Source: Cyanophora paradoxa CCMP329 (Eukaryota > Plantae > Glaucophyta). Taken from it: a stretch of 64,000 nt of DNA. The notes under the pieces were generated by a model, which was not told the DNA's origin, ran no database searches, and saw only the letters and a list, made by a program, of their open reading frames with translations. Shown here piece after piece: positions 35,350 through 46,338 of this stretch. Position 1 is the first letter of the stretch. Every line of letters begins with the position of its first letter. The DNA is taken from NCBI GenBank assembly GCA_004431415.1, contig QPMI01000609.1:1-64000 (forward strand), read 5' to 3'. A program made the position numbers and the translations under genes.

Positions 35350-36251
35350 GGCTTGGCCGGGTTTTTGGGCGGCTCGGGGTGGCGGCCGTGCGAGGTGTAC
35401 ACGTAGACAAGCCTGTCGCCAAAGTCCATGGTGGCCATCACGAAGCCCTTTTGCGTGGAGTGGTCCACGATCAGGGGCCGCCACTTGGCCGTGTTCGGGT
35501 TGCGGAAGAGCTCCTCGATCTTCTTCTCCTTCGGCGGCCGCAACTGCTCCGGGGTGGCGCACCAGGTGCACAGGGGCATGGTAGGGGGGCCGCGCCGGGG
35601 GACCAGGGGCTCGGCGTAGGTGGCCAGGCGGCAATCGACGTTGTAGCACTTCTGCTTGGGGACGCTGAGCATGCACGGTCCGCAGCGGATCCCAAACTGA
35701 CGGGGCCGGGTGCATCCGGGCATGTCGCACAGGGGCTTGCAGGCCTTGCAGCAGGCGTCACCCTCCATGGGCGGGTCCGCCTTGCACTTGATGCACTTCT
35801 TCCCGGCGGCCTCCCTGAAGCAAAGGCGACAGGCGTCCTGGCCCAGCTCCTTGAAGTAATCGCGGCCGCATCCGCACATCTCGCGCTTGGCGTGCTCCTT
35901 GCAGAAGCCCGCAGGCTGGACGTGGCCGGGGAGGTTCCGCATCGGCATCTTCAGGCCAGCCCTGATGCACTCGGCGCAAGGCAGGCTCCGGGGGTCCGTC
36001 CCGGGGGCGGCCTTCATCCGCGCATCCCGGACCTGGCACTTCTTGCACATCCCGGCACGCAGCGTGGCCCGGCTCAGGAGCAGGCCGCACCCGCAGCGGG
36101 TGCCGCCACCGCACGCCCCGCACCTGTCGAAACCATCCTGGGCCCGCTTCGGCTTCCCGGAGGCCACGCACGCCTCCCCTTCGCACAGCTTGACCTCCTT
36201 CTTGGCGCGCTTGGCCGCGGGGGCGTCCCGGGCGTCCTGCTCTCCCTCCAT
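35350..36251 (-). CDS. Cys-rich multi-zinc-finger protein, 3' end colliding with a convergent fragment (34935-~35350)
   Basis: NLS-like AKRAKK, CEGEAC..KRAQDGFDRCGACGGGTRC (WRKY19-like finger pattern) and many CxxC pairs. Confidence 0.65.
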
Positions 36252-36410
36252 TTTTGAATGCTCCCGAGAACCGGCCAAACCCACTGGCCAAACCCGTTTC
36301 GATTTGCCGTACCCCCTCCCCTTCAGGTTCTGGTGTAACTCTTAAACCCTGCGCGGTTTTCGTCCATACCCCCCCTGACGGGCCCCCCCGCCGCACTAAG
36401 AGCTCAGACG

Positions 36411-36445
36411 GGCCAGCCGTTAGAGCCCCCTTTTACGCGCGATAG
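36411..36445 (-). repeat. Right imperfect terminal inverted repeat
   Basis: Reverse complement is CTATCgcgcgtaaaagggGGcTCtAACggcTGGCC. Confidence 0.65.
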
Positions 36446-38453
36446 CCTCGAGTTCCTCGGCTGGGTCAACGAGTACGAGGTCCGCCGCGAGTTCGAAGCT
36501 TCAGGCTAAGGCCTTGCAATTGGCCTTGGCCTTGGCCTATGCCTAGGCCCCCCTAAGCTTCCTTTCTTCTATAGCTGAAGGCTAACTACAAATAGAAGTC
36601 TAACTCCTCCTGAGGCTGATCATGATCCTCGGCTGGGTCAACGAGTACGAGGCGCGTACGAGGCCAAGGCTGAGGCCTAGACCTAGGCCTAGGCCTAGGC
36701 CCCCCTAAGCTTTCTCCTTCTATAGCTCAAGGCTAACTACAAAGCCAACCCGTGATCCAATGCTTAACTTCTCTCTCTCTCTCTCTGTCCTGCAGGCGCG
36801 CCGGGAGTTCGAGCTGCCGCCGCCGTGCGGCTGAGTCCGTGCGTCCCTCACAAGTTAGGAAGCTAAAGCTCTCTTCTATCTATAGCCAATTCCTAGCCAG
36901 TGAAGCCGTATTAACAGCCAAGGAAGAACGCCAAATCCTTCCTCCTAAGCTTTTTGTGAGGCCTTCTACTTCCTTCTACTAAGGCTACTTAAAGCTCATT
37001 AGAAGTCTAATTATAATTCCCAAGGCCGAGCTGATTAAAGGGCCCCTCTCTCCCCCTCTGCCCCGCAGGCGTCGTAGCGGCGGCTGCTGGAGCTCTCGCT
37101 GCCCTCCGCCGTCCTCAGCCGCATGCTGGGCGAGGAGGGCGCCCTCGACGGCTCCCGCACCCTCCGCTTCCCCTCTGGTGCGTTATTGTAATTAGATCTT
37201 CGAATTCCAGATCCTGGAGAGTGATTTACAGACTTTTGATTAGCTTGGAAGGAGCGAACTGTCCTTGTAATTAGCCGGCCCTCGCCTCTATTTGATCGAA
37301 CCCTGATTGTTCGTTCCGGGCAGTCGTGATCCTGTGCGCCGACATCGTCGACTTCACGCCCCTGTGCGCGCGTACCCCCCTTCCTCCCCCCCCCGCCGGC
37401 CTAGGCCTCACCTTCTTCTTCGCCCGTACCCCCGCCGGATCGATATCGCGCCCCCTAATTGTAACCGCTGCGCCCGCTCCAGATCCTCGCTGCTGGACGC
37501 GGCCGACCTCGTCCAAATCCTCGACGAGTTCGTCACGGAGGTTCGAATTTCGAATCCGCCCCGTACCCCTCTCCAATGCGAATTCGAAAATTCGAATTCG
37601 GATCCGAAGGTCGACGCGGAGGCCGAGGCGCGGCGGGCCGTCCGCCTATAGCTCGTCGGTGCGCCCGTACTGCCCCCCCCCCCCCCACTCCGGCTCAGGT
37701 GAGTTAACTAACTATGGGGTAGGGGATCCGGACGCCTACTACGCGGTGCTGGGCCTGGAGGAGCCGGCGGGCCCCAGCGAGGCGGTCCGCCTTGTGGAGC
37801 TGGCCGAGCGCCCGGCGGCCTCATCGCCGCCCTCGACGCCGTCGCGGCGCGGGCGAGGGCCCGCCGCCCCGGCACCCCGCTCCCCGCCCTCCGAGCCCGC
37901 GTCGGAGTGGCGCTGGGCCCTGCGGCGGGGGGCCTCGTCGGAGCCCGCCTTCGACCTCTTCGGGCCCGCCATCGAGCGCGCCGCGGCGCTCGAGAAGGAC
38001 GGCCTGCCCTCCCGCATCCACGTATCCCCCGAGGTCCGGGACGCCATTGCGGGGGAGTACGAGACCGAGCCGCGCGCCGCCGCCGAGGGGCCGCACGCGC
38101 ACGCGTACCCCGCCGAGGAGCCTGCCACCCCCGCCTCGCTTGCCGGCTCGATACGGCGCCTCCCGACCCTCCGCTCCTCCAGCTTTACCGCGGGCCACGG
38201 ACACGGCCCGGGCGGGACCGCCGGCAGCCCCGTCGATTTCGGGGGTACGGGAGGCGCCGGCGCCGCCGGTACCGGTACCCCCGAGCCGTTCTCGGGGGAC
38301 GTCGACGCCCCCTCGAGCTCGTACCTCGTCGTCCGGCGCGTACCCCGGAGCGAGCGGAGCAGCCGCCGAAGCTCGGCCGCGAGCGAGGAGAACGCCCACC
38401 GAGGCCTAGGCCTAGGCCTAGGCCCAGGCCCAGGCCTCTCGCCCCCGCCGCAT

Positions 38454-38567
38454 GCCCCCTTCCTCATCACGTTCACCGTGGATCGGGAGCCCCGCCCCTA
38501 CGTGCCGCAGCCCGCGAGCCCCCTTCCTCATCACGTTCACCGTGGATCGGGAGCCCCGCCCCTACGT
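38454..38567 (+). repeat. 50-bp direct duplication (period 64) in the last cyclase exon
   Basis: gcccccttcctcatcacgttcaccgtggatcgggagccccgcccctacgt at 38454-38503 and 38518-38567. Confidence 0.9.
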
Positions 38568-38586
38568 ACCGGTGTACCCCGCCCAC

Positions 38587-38896
38587 GCCGCAACTTTGGC
38601 GGAGTGGATAGAGCGTCGGCTCGCCACTCGTGGGCCACGGGTTCGATTCCGAGGGGAACGAATTTCCGACCGTGAGGGGCGGCTGAACCTGAATAAGGTT
38701 CAAAATCCCGGAAACCGACTTCGAAGGGCTCCGAAATGCCTCGAATCCGGGCGGACCCCATAGCGGCACTCACCTTCGAGGTGTGGGCCGTCCAGTGCGT
38801 CATAGTAACGCGCAGAGGGAGCAGGCTGCGGTTAAGGGTCATCATGCCCGTCGTGGCCCGGTCCGATAACCCCGAGAGGGGAGCAAATTTTTTTTT
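38587..38896 (+). mobile_element. tRNA-derived SINE (310 bp) with T-tail and 16-bp TSD
   Basis: A box TGGCGGAGTGG at 38597-38607, B box GGTTCGATTCC at 38640-38650, T9 tail at 38888-38896. Perfect flanking repeat GGTGTACCCCGCCCAC at 38571-38586 and 38897-38912. Confidence 0.85.
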
Positions 38897-39983
38897 GGTG
38901 TACCCCGCCCACCGCCAAAACGAGGGCACGGGGCACGGGCCCGCCAAAGTCAACCCCTTGGCCTGATCATGATCATGTGACTTTTCCACCCTTTTTGGGG
39001 GCCAGTTCGCTTTTTCCGCTTTGCTTCGATCTCAAACTACGGCTCGAGCTCGCTTTCTTGTTTAAATACCGCAGTGCGTCATTTCGAATTCGATGTAATT
39101 TGGTCTGTAGCTTCATTGTCTTCATCGCGATGTCTTCATTGCGTCTTTTCGAATTCGAGTCCATGTCGAATAGCTACATGTCGATCGCGATGTCTTCATT
39201 GCGTCTTTTCGAATTCGAGTCCACATATATATAGTTATAAAGTGCCTATATATAGCTATAGCTAGATGATCAGTCATACCGTAGTACAATCCGATGATCC
39301 CGGACCGGAGTCCGAGGCCCTGAGGCTCGCTGATCATGATCCGATGATCATCGGATCATGAGTAGACACATACCGTAGTACATGTAAATGTGCAGCCTGC
39401 AGCTGGGCCTCAGGGCCTGGCAGTTTAATTTAATTTGAAGAAGGCTTTACCTCAGTGAGCGCATGCCGCGTACATTTTTATTCAATTTACAATTGCAATT
39501 CACGTCATCGATCATCATGGCATGATCAGCTGTCTACCGTAGTACGTCTATCAATCATACAGCTGATCTTGCCATGATGACGCGGCGCTGCGGACACGAA
39601 CGCTGCACTGTCTGCGGACCGGCCCCATGTGGAGGCGCTCCTCAAGCAAGTGACCTCGCGGTCGCTCTACTTCCGGAAGGGCTTCGAACTTCGGAAGCTC
39701 TCCTCAAGGATGCGCCCAAGCCCCTGCCCCCACAGCCCGTTTCAAGCCAGCCCCCCCCCGAAAAACCGCCGATTTTTTTTGACTGCGCCGAAAATCTCGT
39801 AAACAATTCAGCCAATCAGAGCAAAGCTCGGACGCTTGGTCCGGGGGTTGACGGTTCGCGGTTTGGTTAATTTTCGGGGGGTAGGAAGTCAGCGCAGTGG
39901 GGTAGACCAACTGCGGGTTTGGCTAGCCGTTCGCGCCTCCCGTTGGGCGGACCCGGCCTCGCAGCGGGCCTAGGTCCGCAGCT

Positions 39984-41290
39984 ATGCCGCGCAATAGCTA
40001 TCCAAAGCGACCAGCAGAGCTCCCGGAGCTCGAAAATCTCGAGACGACGTATCCTGGCGGGAAGGACAGCAACGGCACTTTTCTGCTCGTTGGTCAGTTC
40101 GCGTTTATCACGACCCGCTCTGCTCTCCAGAAGAGTACGACACACCGCGAGCGCATCTTCTTCACGGGCCCTCACAGCGTCTACGTCCCGAGCAATGAAC
40201 GGATCCTCGTTCGCCTGGAGAAGGTCCATCGCGGCTTCTTCCACTTCCGCAGATTCCTTCTGAAGGACGACAAGGCTCTTTCGGACCAGTCCCGCGACAA
40301 GCTGGCGAAGCAGACCCAGCACCCCGACAAGGAGGTCGTCGCCGTCTGCGATCACACGTTCTACCTTCAAGGGTTCGAGGTCGGCAGCGCGCTCGCGACC
40401 CTTTGGCCGGCGCGGCTGACTGCGCCGTGGCGCGCAGATCTTGCAGAAAGTGAGCATCTTCTCGGGGGACGACTTCAACAAGTTCGTCGCGCCGAAGCAC
40501 GACATGTTTTGCTGCCGGTTCATCGGGACGATGTGCCGGTGGGGATCCTTCGCCAGCGCGGAGTGCGTCGGAAAGATGGACATCAAGAAGCCCCCGGCGG
40601 AGGAGATGACGCGCTTCATGAACCTGTCGTACAGTGACAGCCCGAAGGACCTCGTGGATCCGAAGGAGCAGGCGTACTTCCTGGACGAGGTGAACAGCCA
40701 GCTCCGGAACCGCACGAGCCACCCGAAGATCGTCAAAGCAAGGCTTCCCCTCTACGGTCCCGAGCATGCGGTGCGCTCTATACTCGTGCGTTCTCTCTTT
40801 CGGCGGTTGAACGGATGGCGGCCGCAGGCTCGGGTGATGGGCGACGTCGCCGAGTCGGCCGGAGTCCCGGTCGCGCAGATTGCCGAGAACTGGAGCCGCG
40901 ACCTGGCCACCAACAAGGAGTGCGATGGTGCGCGAACCTTCCGAAGTTCCTTTTCGCGCCGTCGCGCGCCTGATCTGCCGTGCCGCAGAGTTGCTCGGCC
41001 CGTCCGGCCGGAAGCAGGTCACGAGCAGGAACGGAACCGTCAAGGAAGTGACGTACGGCCCGCGCGTGAAGCGCGCCCGAAACGCCCACCTGGACGTCAT
41101 CGACCCGGAGTACGAGGGCCGTGCGCTCTCCCGCTGCCATGCGCGACGCGCGTGCGCGCCGCCGCTCACGCGCTCTCAGGTCCCGTGGAGCTCGCGGTTT
41201 CCCGGCCGAAGAAGAAGATGCGGCTCGCGGTCACGGTGACGGCGCCGCAGTACACGGAGGAGTGGGTCGGCCGCCGCCGGGCGTACGCGC
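39984..41290 (+). CDS. Multi-exon BAH-domain-like protein, apparently 3'-truncated
   Basis: HPDKEVVAVCDHTFYLQGFE/ILQKVSIFSGDDF...DMFCCRF fits the BAH C-terminal pattern. Short GT-AG introns; CCAAT box at ~39812. Confidence 0.45.
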
Positions 41291-41299
41291 ACGGGCGTG

Positions 41300-42259
41300 C
41301 TCGGCTCAAGCAGCATCCGCTCCTTTTCCTCCGCCGCCACCCTTTCCTTTTCCGCCATCTGCGCGCGCGCTGGGTTGCAAGGATTGCAAGCGCGAGGCTT
41401 GCGCATAAGCTCACCGTCCTTTTCTCGTTCCGGAGTCTGTCGTTATCCTGCCTCAAAAAGTCGGCGTGCTCGACGACCCAGCGAAGGTTGTAGGCGACGT
41501 CCTTCCCGACCGCATCTGTGCCGCGCAGCATGCCCTACGCTTTGTTTCGGCTGCGGGCGGCGCGTAGGCGCGCGGCCGGGCGGCGGCCCGGAGGCGGCAC
41601 GGAGGCACCTCGTCCCGGAGGTGGGCGACAGCCCGCAGGATGGGCATGCAGAGGCGGAGCGCGCTCCCTGACTGCCGCGTTCCGGAGAGCCTGTACAGCA
41701 CATCCACGTCCGCGTCGTTAACCTTGAACCTTGTTGGCCTCGCGTCCTTGCTGGTCTCGCGCTTCCGGCCGAACTTCTGGCCGACCCACGGCTTCCGGTT
41801 CTTGCTGGGCGCCGGGGGCTTCCACGAACGATGCTGCGGCGATCTGGGCGGCATCAGCTGTGGCGATAGCGAAGGCGCACGGGCGCGGGACAGGGCGGAC
41901 CCGGATGGGGCCCGCGCGGGACCGGTCGAGGCGGGCTGCGGAACGAGCTGGCCGGAAGCAGAGCTGGTCGGCGTCTGAAGGAGCTGCGCAGAGCTCGCCG
42001 GCGGCTGCCTCGGTGGTGCTCGTCTCCCGCGCTTCCGCGGAGCCTGGTATTCGCTACCGCTGGACTCCGAACCACTAGCAGGCAAGTAATCCTCATCGTC
42101 GGGCGACGAGGAGTCGCTCGGAGACGCCTGGCTGCAGCCGGGATCGTTCGCCGGGGCTGGGCTAGTGCCTGGAGCGGCCGCTGCACCTCCATCGGCGGCC
42201 TGGGCAAGAATTAGGCTTCGGGCTGTAGCAGCGGCGGCCCGGGTGCTCCGTCTTGCATC
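41300..42259 (-). CDS. Multi-exon hypothetical nuclear protein (disordered N-term, coiled coil), apparently 3'-truncated
   Basis: MDARRSTR..SPDDEDYLP..PRKRGRR; exons DAVGKDVAYNLRWVVEHADFLRQDNDRLRNEKRT and MAEKERVAAEEKER separated by GT-AG introns. Confidence 0.45.
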
Positions 42260-43109
42260 CATCGCGGCGGATGCTGTATCCCGGCCTTAATTTTGTGGGG
42301 ATTTTCAACGAGGTTGTGCCAGAGCCTCCAGAGGTGCTCTCGAGCGCCGGTCCGCCGTGGCCCGACCAACCGGAAAACTCGGAATTGCGGGGGGCTACAG
42401 GCAACTTCGTGCGCACAATGGCGAAAAATTTGGGGGACTTGGCTTGTTACGGCCGCCGGGCCGGATATCGATTCTCCTGCGGGCCCGGGGGAGCGCCCGG
42501 CCAGCGCTAGCTCTTCAGGAGAGGAGGATGAAGATATCGAGGCCCCTGAGGAGGACTCGGATTGACGGTCGCACATGTACGTGTGTTTCTAGTCAGCCTC
42601 AGCCTGGCCATGGCAGCTGGCCGGCCTAGTAGTCGATATCTGAATTTAAAGCCTTGCATTCGATTTGCTTCGCTCGTCCCGGCGGCGCGCGGTGAGGGTC
42701 GCATGCTTGCACATCCATTGAAAATGAGGCCTAATGCAATCCTGGGTCCGTGCCCGCCTGCCTGGAGCAAAACTGCTGCGAGCACGACCTGTACACGCTG
42801 TGACATCTGCAGCTATCCGGGGCAGCGAGGAGCGAGCGAGCGGGGCGGAGCGGAGTCCATCACGTGGCCGGGTCAGGTAAGCATCCTCTCGGCTCGGAAG
42901 CCGGCACCTACTCCTTCCTGCGGCTAACAAACTGGCTACACGATTCATTGGAACGTACTAGATACTTACTGTCGAGAATAGGGGATCGAAAGAAGAAGGG
43001 CGATGTACAGTCTCGTGCGAAAAAGAGGGCGCCAAAAAATAAAAGGCTACAAGAAGCGGCGGAGGGGATCCGGAGGGGCGGGCGGGGCGGCGCCCTACGC
43101 GGGCCCGCG

Positions 43110-46100
43110 TCACGCGAACATCGTCGTCGGCCCCGGCCCGGAGGGCCCTCCGACCGCGACGGGGTACCCCCCCTGCGCCCCGGGCCCCCCTCCGGCGCCG
43201 GCGCCCGACGGAGGCGGAGGGCCGCCGTGCGGGTGCGGGTAGGGGTGCGGGTGCGCGTGGGGGCCGGGCGCGGAGGCGTAGAAAGGGTTCGACCCGTGCT
43301 GCTGGGCGAAGGAGGAGGGCGAGGAGGAGGCGGAGGAGGGCGGCGAGGGGCCCGCGGGGGCCCCGCCAGGCTGGCCCCCGCCCTGCTGGCTGGGGCCGGC
43401 GGGCGGGGCGGGGCCGCCAGGGCCGCCGTAGGGGACGGAGGCCAGCGCCGAGGCCGAGGGCACGATGCCGCCGCTGCCCACCAGGATAGGCACCACCTGC
43501 ACAAACCGGCCTAAGCCAAGGAAGGAAGGAAGGGAGCCTCGAGCTCTCAAGAGAGAGCACCTTGGAGACGCGGGTGTTGCAGACGGGGCAGGAGCGCGCG
43601 GTGGAGGCGCAGCGGAGGCAGCAGACCGAGTGGGAGCAGCCGATGAAGACGGAGGCGACCTCCGCCTGCGAACGAAGTGAGAAGCCGGCAGAGCCGAGCC
43701 GAGCCGAGCAGAGCTGGGGGCGGACCTGGGCGCAGAGGATGCAGATGGGGGCGTGGTCGATGGAGGAGAGGGCGGGGGACGAGACGGAGGAGGAGCCCGA
43801 GGAGGGGCCCCCGGAAGAGGACAGCGCCATCGCCGAGGGCAGCGCCGCGCCGCCGCCGCCGCCCGCGGGGGAGGGCGGGCCGTAGCCTCCTCCACCTCCC
43901 GAGGCGGGTGCCGAGGAGGAGGAGGAGGAGCCGAGGGCGAGCGGCTGCGGCTGGAGCAGCGGCGAGGGCGCTGGGGAGACGGTGGGGGAGGAGGAGAGGG
44001 GGGAGGTCCCGCGGGACCCGAAGGAGGGCCCGCCCGAGCCGGAGCCGTGCCGGGGCCGCTCGATGGCCTTGGAGAAGGGCCGGCCCCGCGGCGGCAGCGT
44101 CCCGTTGCCGCCCCCGAAGCCGCCACCCTGCTGCCCGCCGCCGCCGCCGTAGGCCGCCGCCAGCGCCGCGGCAGCGGCCGCCGTCGCCGCCGCCATCGTG
44201 TTGTCGAAGTCGTGCTGCTGCTGGGCCGCCTGCGCTTGTGCCTGGGCTTGCGCCTGGGCCTGGGCCTGGGCCTGGGCCTGGGCCTGCTGGTTCGCGTGGG
44301 CCTCGACGAGGAGCGAGCGGAGCTGGTCGAAGGAGAAGGGCGGCTGCGGGGCGCCCGGCGGGTGGGACCCCGGCAGCTGCAGGGGCGCCGGGGGCCCCTG
44401 CGGCAGCTGCTGCTGCTGCGCGAGGTGCTGCTGCTGGGCGGCGTGCAGCTGCGCCTGGAACTCATCCAGGTCGAAGCCGCCCTCGAGGCCCCGGAAGCGG
44501 CCGGCGGCGGCCGCCGCGGCCGCCGCCGCCGCCATCGCCGCCGCCTGCTGCTGCTGCGCCTGCGCCGCCGCCTGCGCCTGCTGCTGCTGCTGCGCCGCCT
44601 GGGCCGCCTGGGCCGCCTGGGCCACGGCCGCGACCGCCGCCTTGGCCGCCGCCGCCGCCGCCGCCGAGTTGAAGCCGCCGGACCCCATGAGGAAGCCGCC
44701 GGGCCCGCCCACCGCCTGCCCGGGCGGCTGCGTCGGCGGCTGCTGCCCGTGCATGCCGCCGCCGCCGGGGATCGGCGAGGAGCCGCGCGGGCCGCCGGGG
44801 CCCCCGCCGAAGGACGGCGGGACGTCGCCGAAGAGGAGCGGGGGCGGCGGGCCGGGCAGGAGCGCCGAGCCGTCCGGGGGCGGCGTCCGACGCGAGCGGG
44901 GGATGGCGGCCTGCCCCGGGGAGGGCGGGCGTCCCGCCCACTCGTCCCCGTGCGCGCCCTCCGAGGACATGTCGTCGGTGCCGGCGCCCGACCCCGCGAG
45001 GCCGCGGAGCCCGAGCGCGGCCCGGGGCCGTGCTCCGTGAGCGGCCACCGGCCCTGCCGCCCCTGCGCCTGCGCCTGCGCCGCCACCGCCGCCGCTGCGG
45101 CCGCCGCCGCCGCCGCGACCGCCGCGATCGTGTGGTTGCCCTCCCGCTTCATGCCACCCATGCCGCCGGGCCGGTCGGGCGCCGACGCGCTGCGCTGGTG
45201 GCCCGGCCCGCTCCGCGCCGGCGGGCCCTGCATCGCGAGCGGCTTCGGGCTCCGGCTGGCGACGGGGAGGCGGTCCCGCGAGAGCGACTTCATGGGCCCC
45301 GGCGGCCGCTCCAGGCCGGCCGCCGCGCTCGCCGCCATCCCGATCGGCCCGCCGCCCACGCCCAAGCCCACGCCGCCGAGCCCCGCCGACACTGGCGAAG
45401 AACCGCCCTCGTCGGCCTTGGCCCCGGGCGCCGGCGGCGGCTTGAGACTCGGGCACGCGGCGAGCACGTGCGTCCGGTTCCCGCAGAAGAAGCAGAACTT
45501 CGGTATGGGCGCGTTGCACGCGTTTGCCAGGTGCCCTGCCCGCCGCCGCTCAGCCCGGGCGAGCTGGCGGAGAAGCGCGGGGGCCGCTCACCGGGGTCCC
45601 CGCACTTGAAGCAGAACAGGCCCCCGCCGCCGGAGAAGAGATCTAGATTCTGCAGCGACTGCTCCCGCGACGGGCACGACATCGCAAAGTGCGACGTCTC
45701 CCCGCAGAGGATGCACGAGACCGGCACCCCCATCGGACAGAGGTCCGCGCGGTGGCCCTGCGAGGAGAGCCCCGTCGGTTAGATTGCAAGTAAACGGACC
45801 CCTTCGACCAGACGAGTGGCGAAACGCACCGGATCGCCGCAGTTGAAGCAGAAGTCCGGTATTTCGGCATTGCAGCGGTCAGCCAGATGCCCCTGCGCAT
45901 ATGAACCCGTTAATACGTAACGAGAACAAACATACTTATTCAAAGGCGCTAAGAAAGAGCCCGGATTCCGCGCTTCAGACAAAGTTATGGGATCGCGCGG
46001 GAGTTCTCAACCGGCATCCAGAGGCGCCGGATCGCGTATTTTCCCGCCCCAAACGGTCTCTAAGGATCTAATAGACCCACAAAGCGAGTCCTCACCGGAT

Positions 46101-46338
46101 CGCCGCATCTGTGAGCGCGAAGCGGTCAGGGCGCGGTCAGAAGGAAAGGAAACACAAAGACCGCACTTGAAGCACCGTCGGCCTTTGCCGACTTGTCTCT
46201 TTTGCATATCCACTCTTTAATAGAGAGATCTGCGCGGTTGAAAGAGGAAAACGAGGTGAGCATCAAGAGATGCGATGCGCATGCGCAGGGGAGAAGAAAA
46301 CGACGCCACGGCGATGCGGGAATCACGCTAAACGACAT
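43110..46338 (-). CDS. CCHC zinc-knuckle array plus Q/A-rich linker plus C-terminal RING protein
   Basis: CFKCG../GHLADRC, CFNCGDP/GHRADLC, CILCGETSHFAMSC, CFKCGDP/GHLANAC, CFFCGNRTHVLAAC. RING CILC...GCSHSVCCLRC...CPVC. Start uncertain. Confidence 0.8.

Larger units (their letters stand above)
10846..36445. mobile_element. 25.6-kb giant-virus-derived (Nucleocytoviricota-like) insertion with TSD and imperfect TIRs; internally scrambled, apparently non-autonomous
   Basis: CCTC at 10842-10845 and 36446-36449. Joining 10845 to 36450 gives an uninterrupted host frame LLVLAL-EFLGWVNEYE. Ends are (C)CTATC...GATAG. Interior is intronless, lower in GC than the host exons, and contains NCLDV hallmark gene pieces. 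Confidence 0.9.
36450..38966 (+). pseudogene. Adenylyl cyclase, 3' half (cyclase domain 2), with further lesions
   Basis: EFLGWVNEYE/ARREFE, RLLELSLPSAV, VILCADIVDFTPL, LVQILDEF, GDPDAYYAVLG, FDLFGPAIERAAALEKDGLPSRIHVS. In-frame TAG at 37649-37651, 50-bp duplication and SINE in the last exon. Confidence 0.85.

Noticed and set aside
15250-35350. Recombinase-driven shufflon
   Set aside because: No recombinase recognised, no shared sequence motif seen at the junctions, and most partner gene halves are absent.
10846-36445. Polinton/PLV/virophage
   Set aside because: The size fits, but I recognise no pPolB, rve integrase, protease or jelly-roll capsid. The A32 and D5 pieces and the entry-fusion genes are NCLDV-type, and the TIRs are short and imperfect.
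10846-36445. Contaminant contig or chimeric join
   Set aside because: The TSD, matching ends and exact in-frame restoration of the host exon argue for a real insertion. Internal junctions still need long-read confirmation.
38590-38660. Functional tRNA gene
   Set aside because: A and B boxes are present but the acceptor, anticodon and T stems do not pair; the TSD and tail indicate a SINE.
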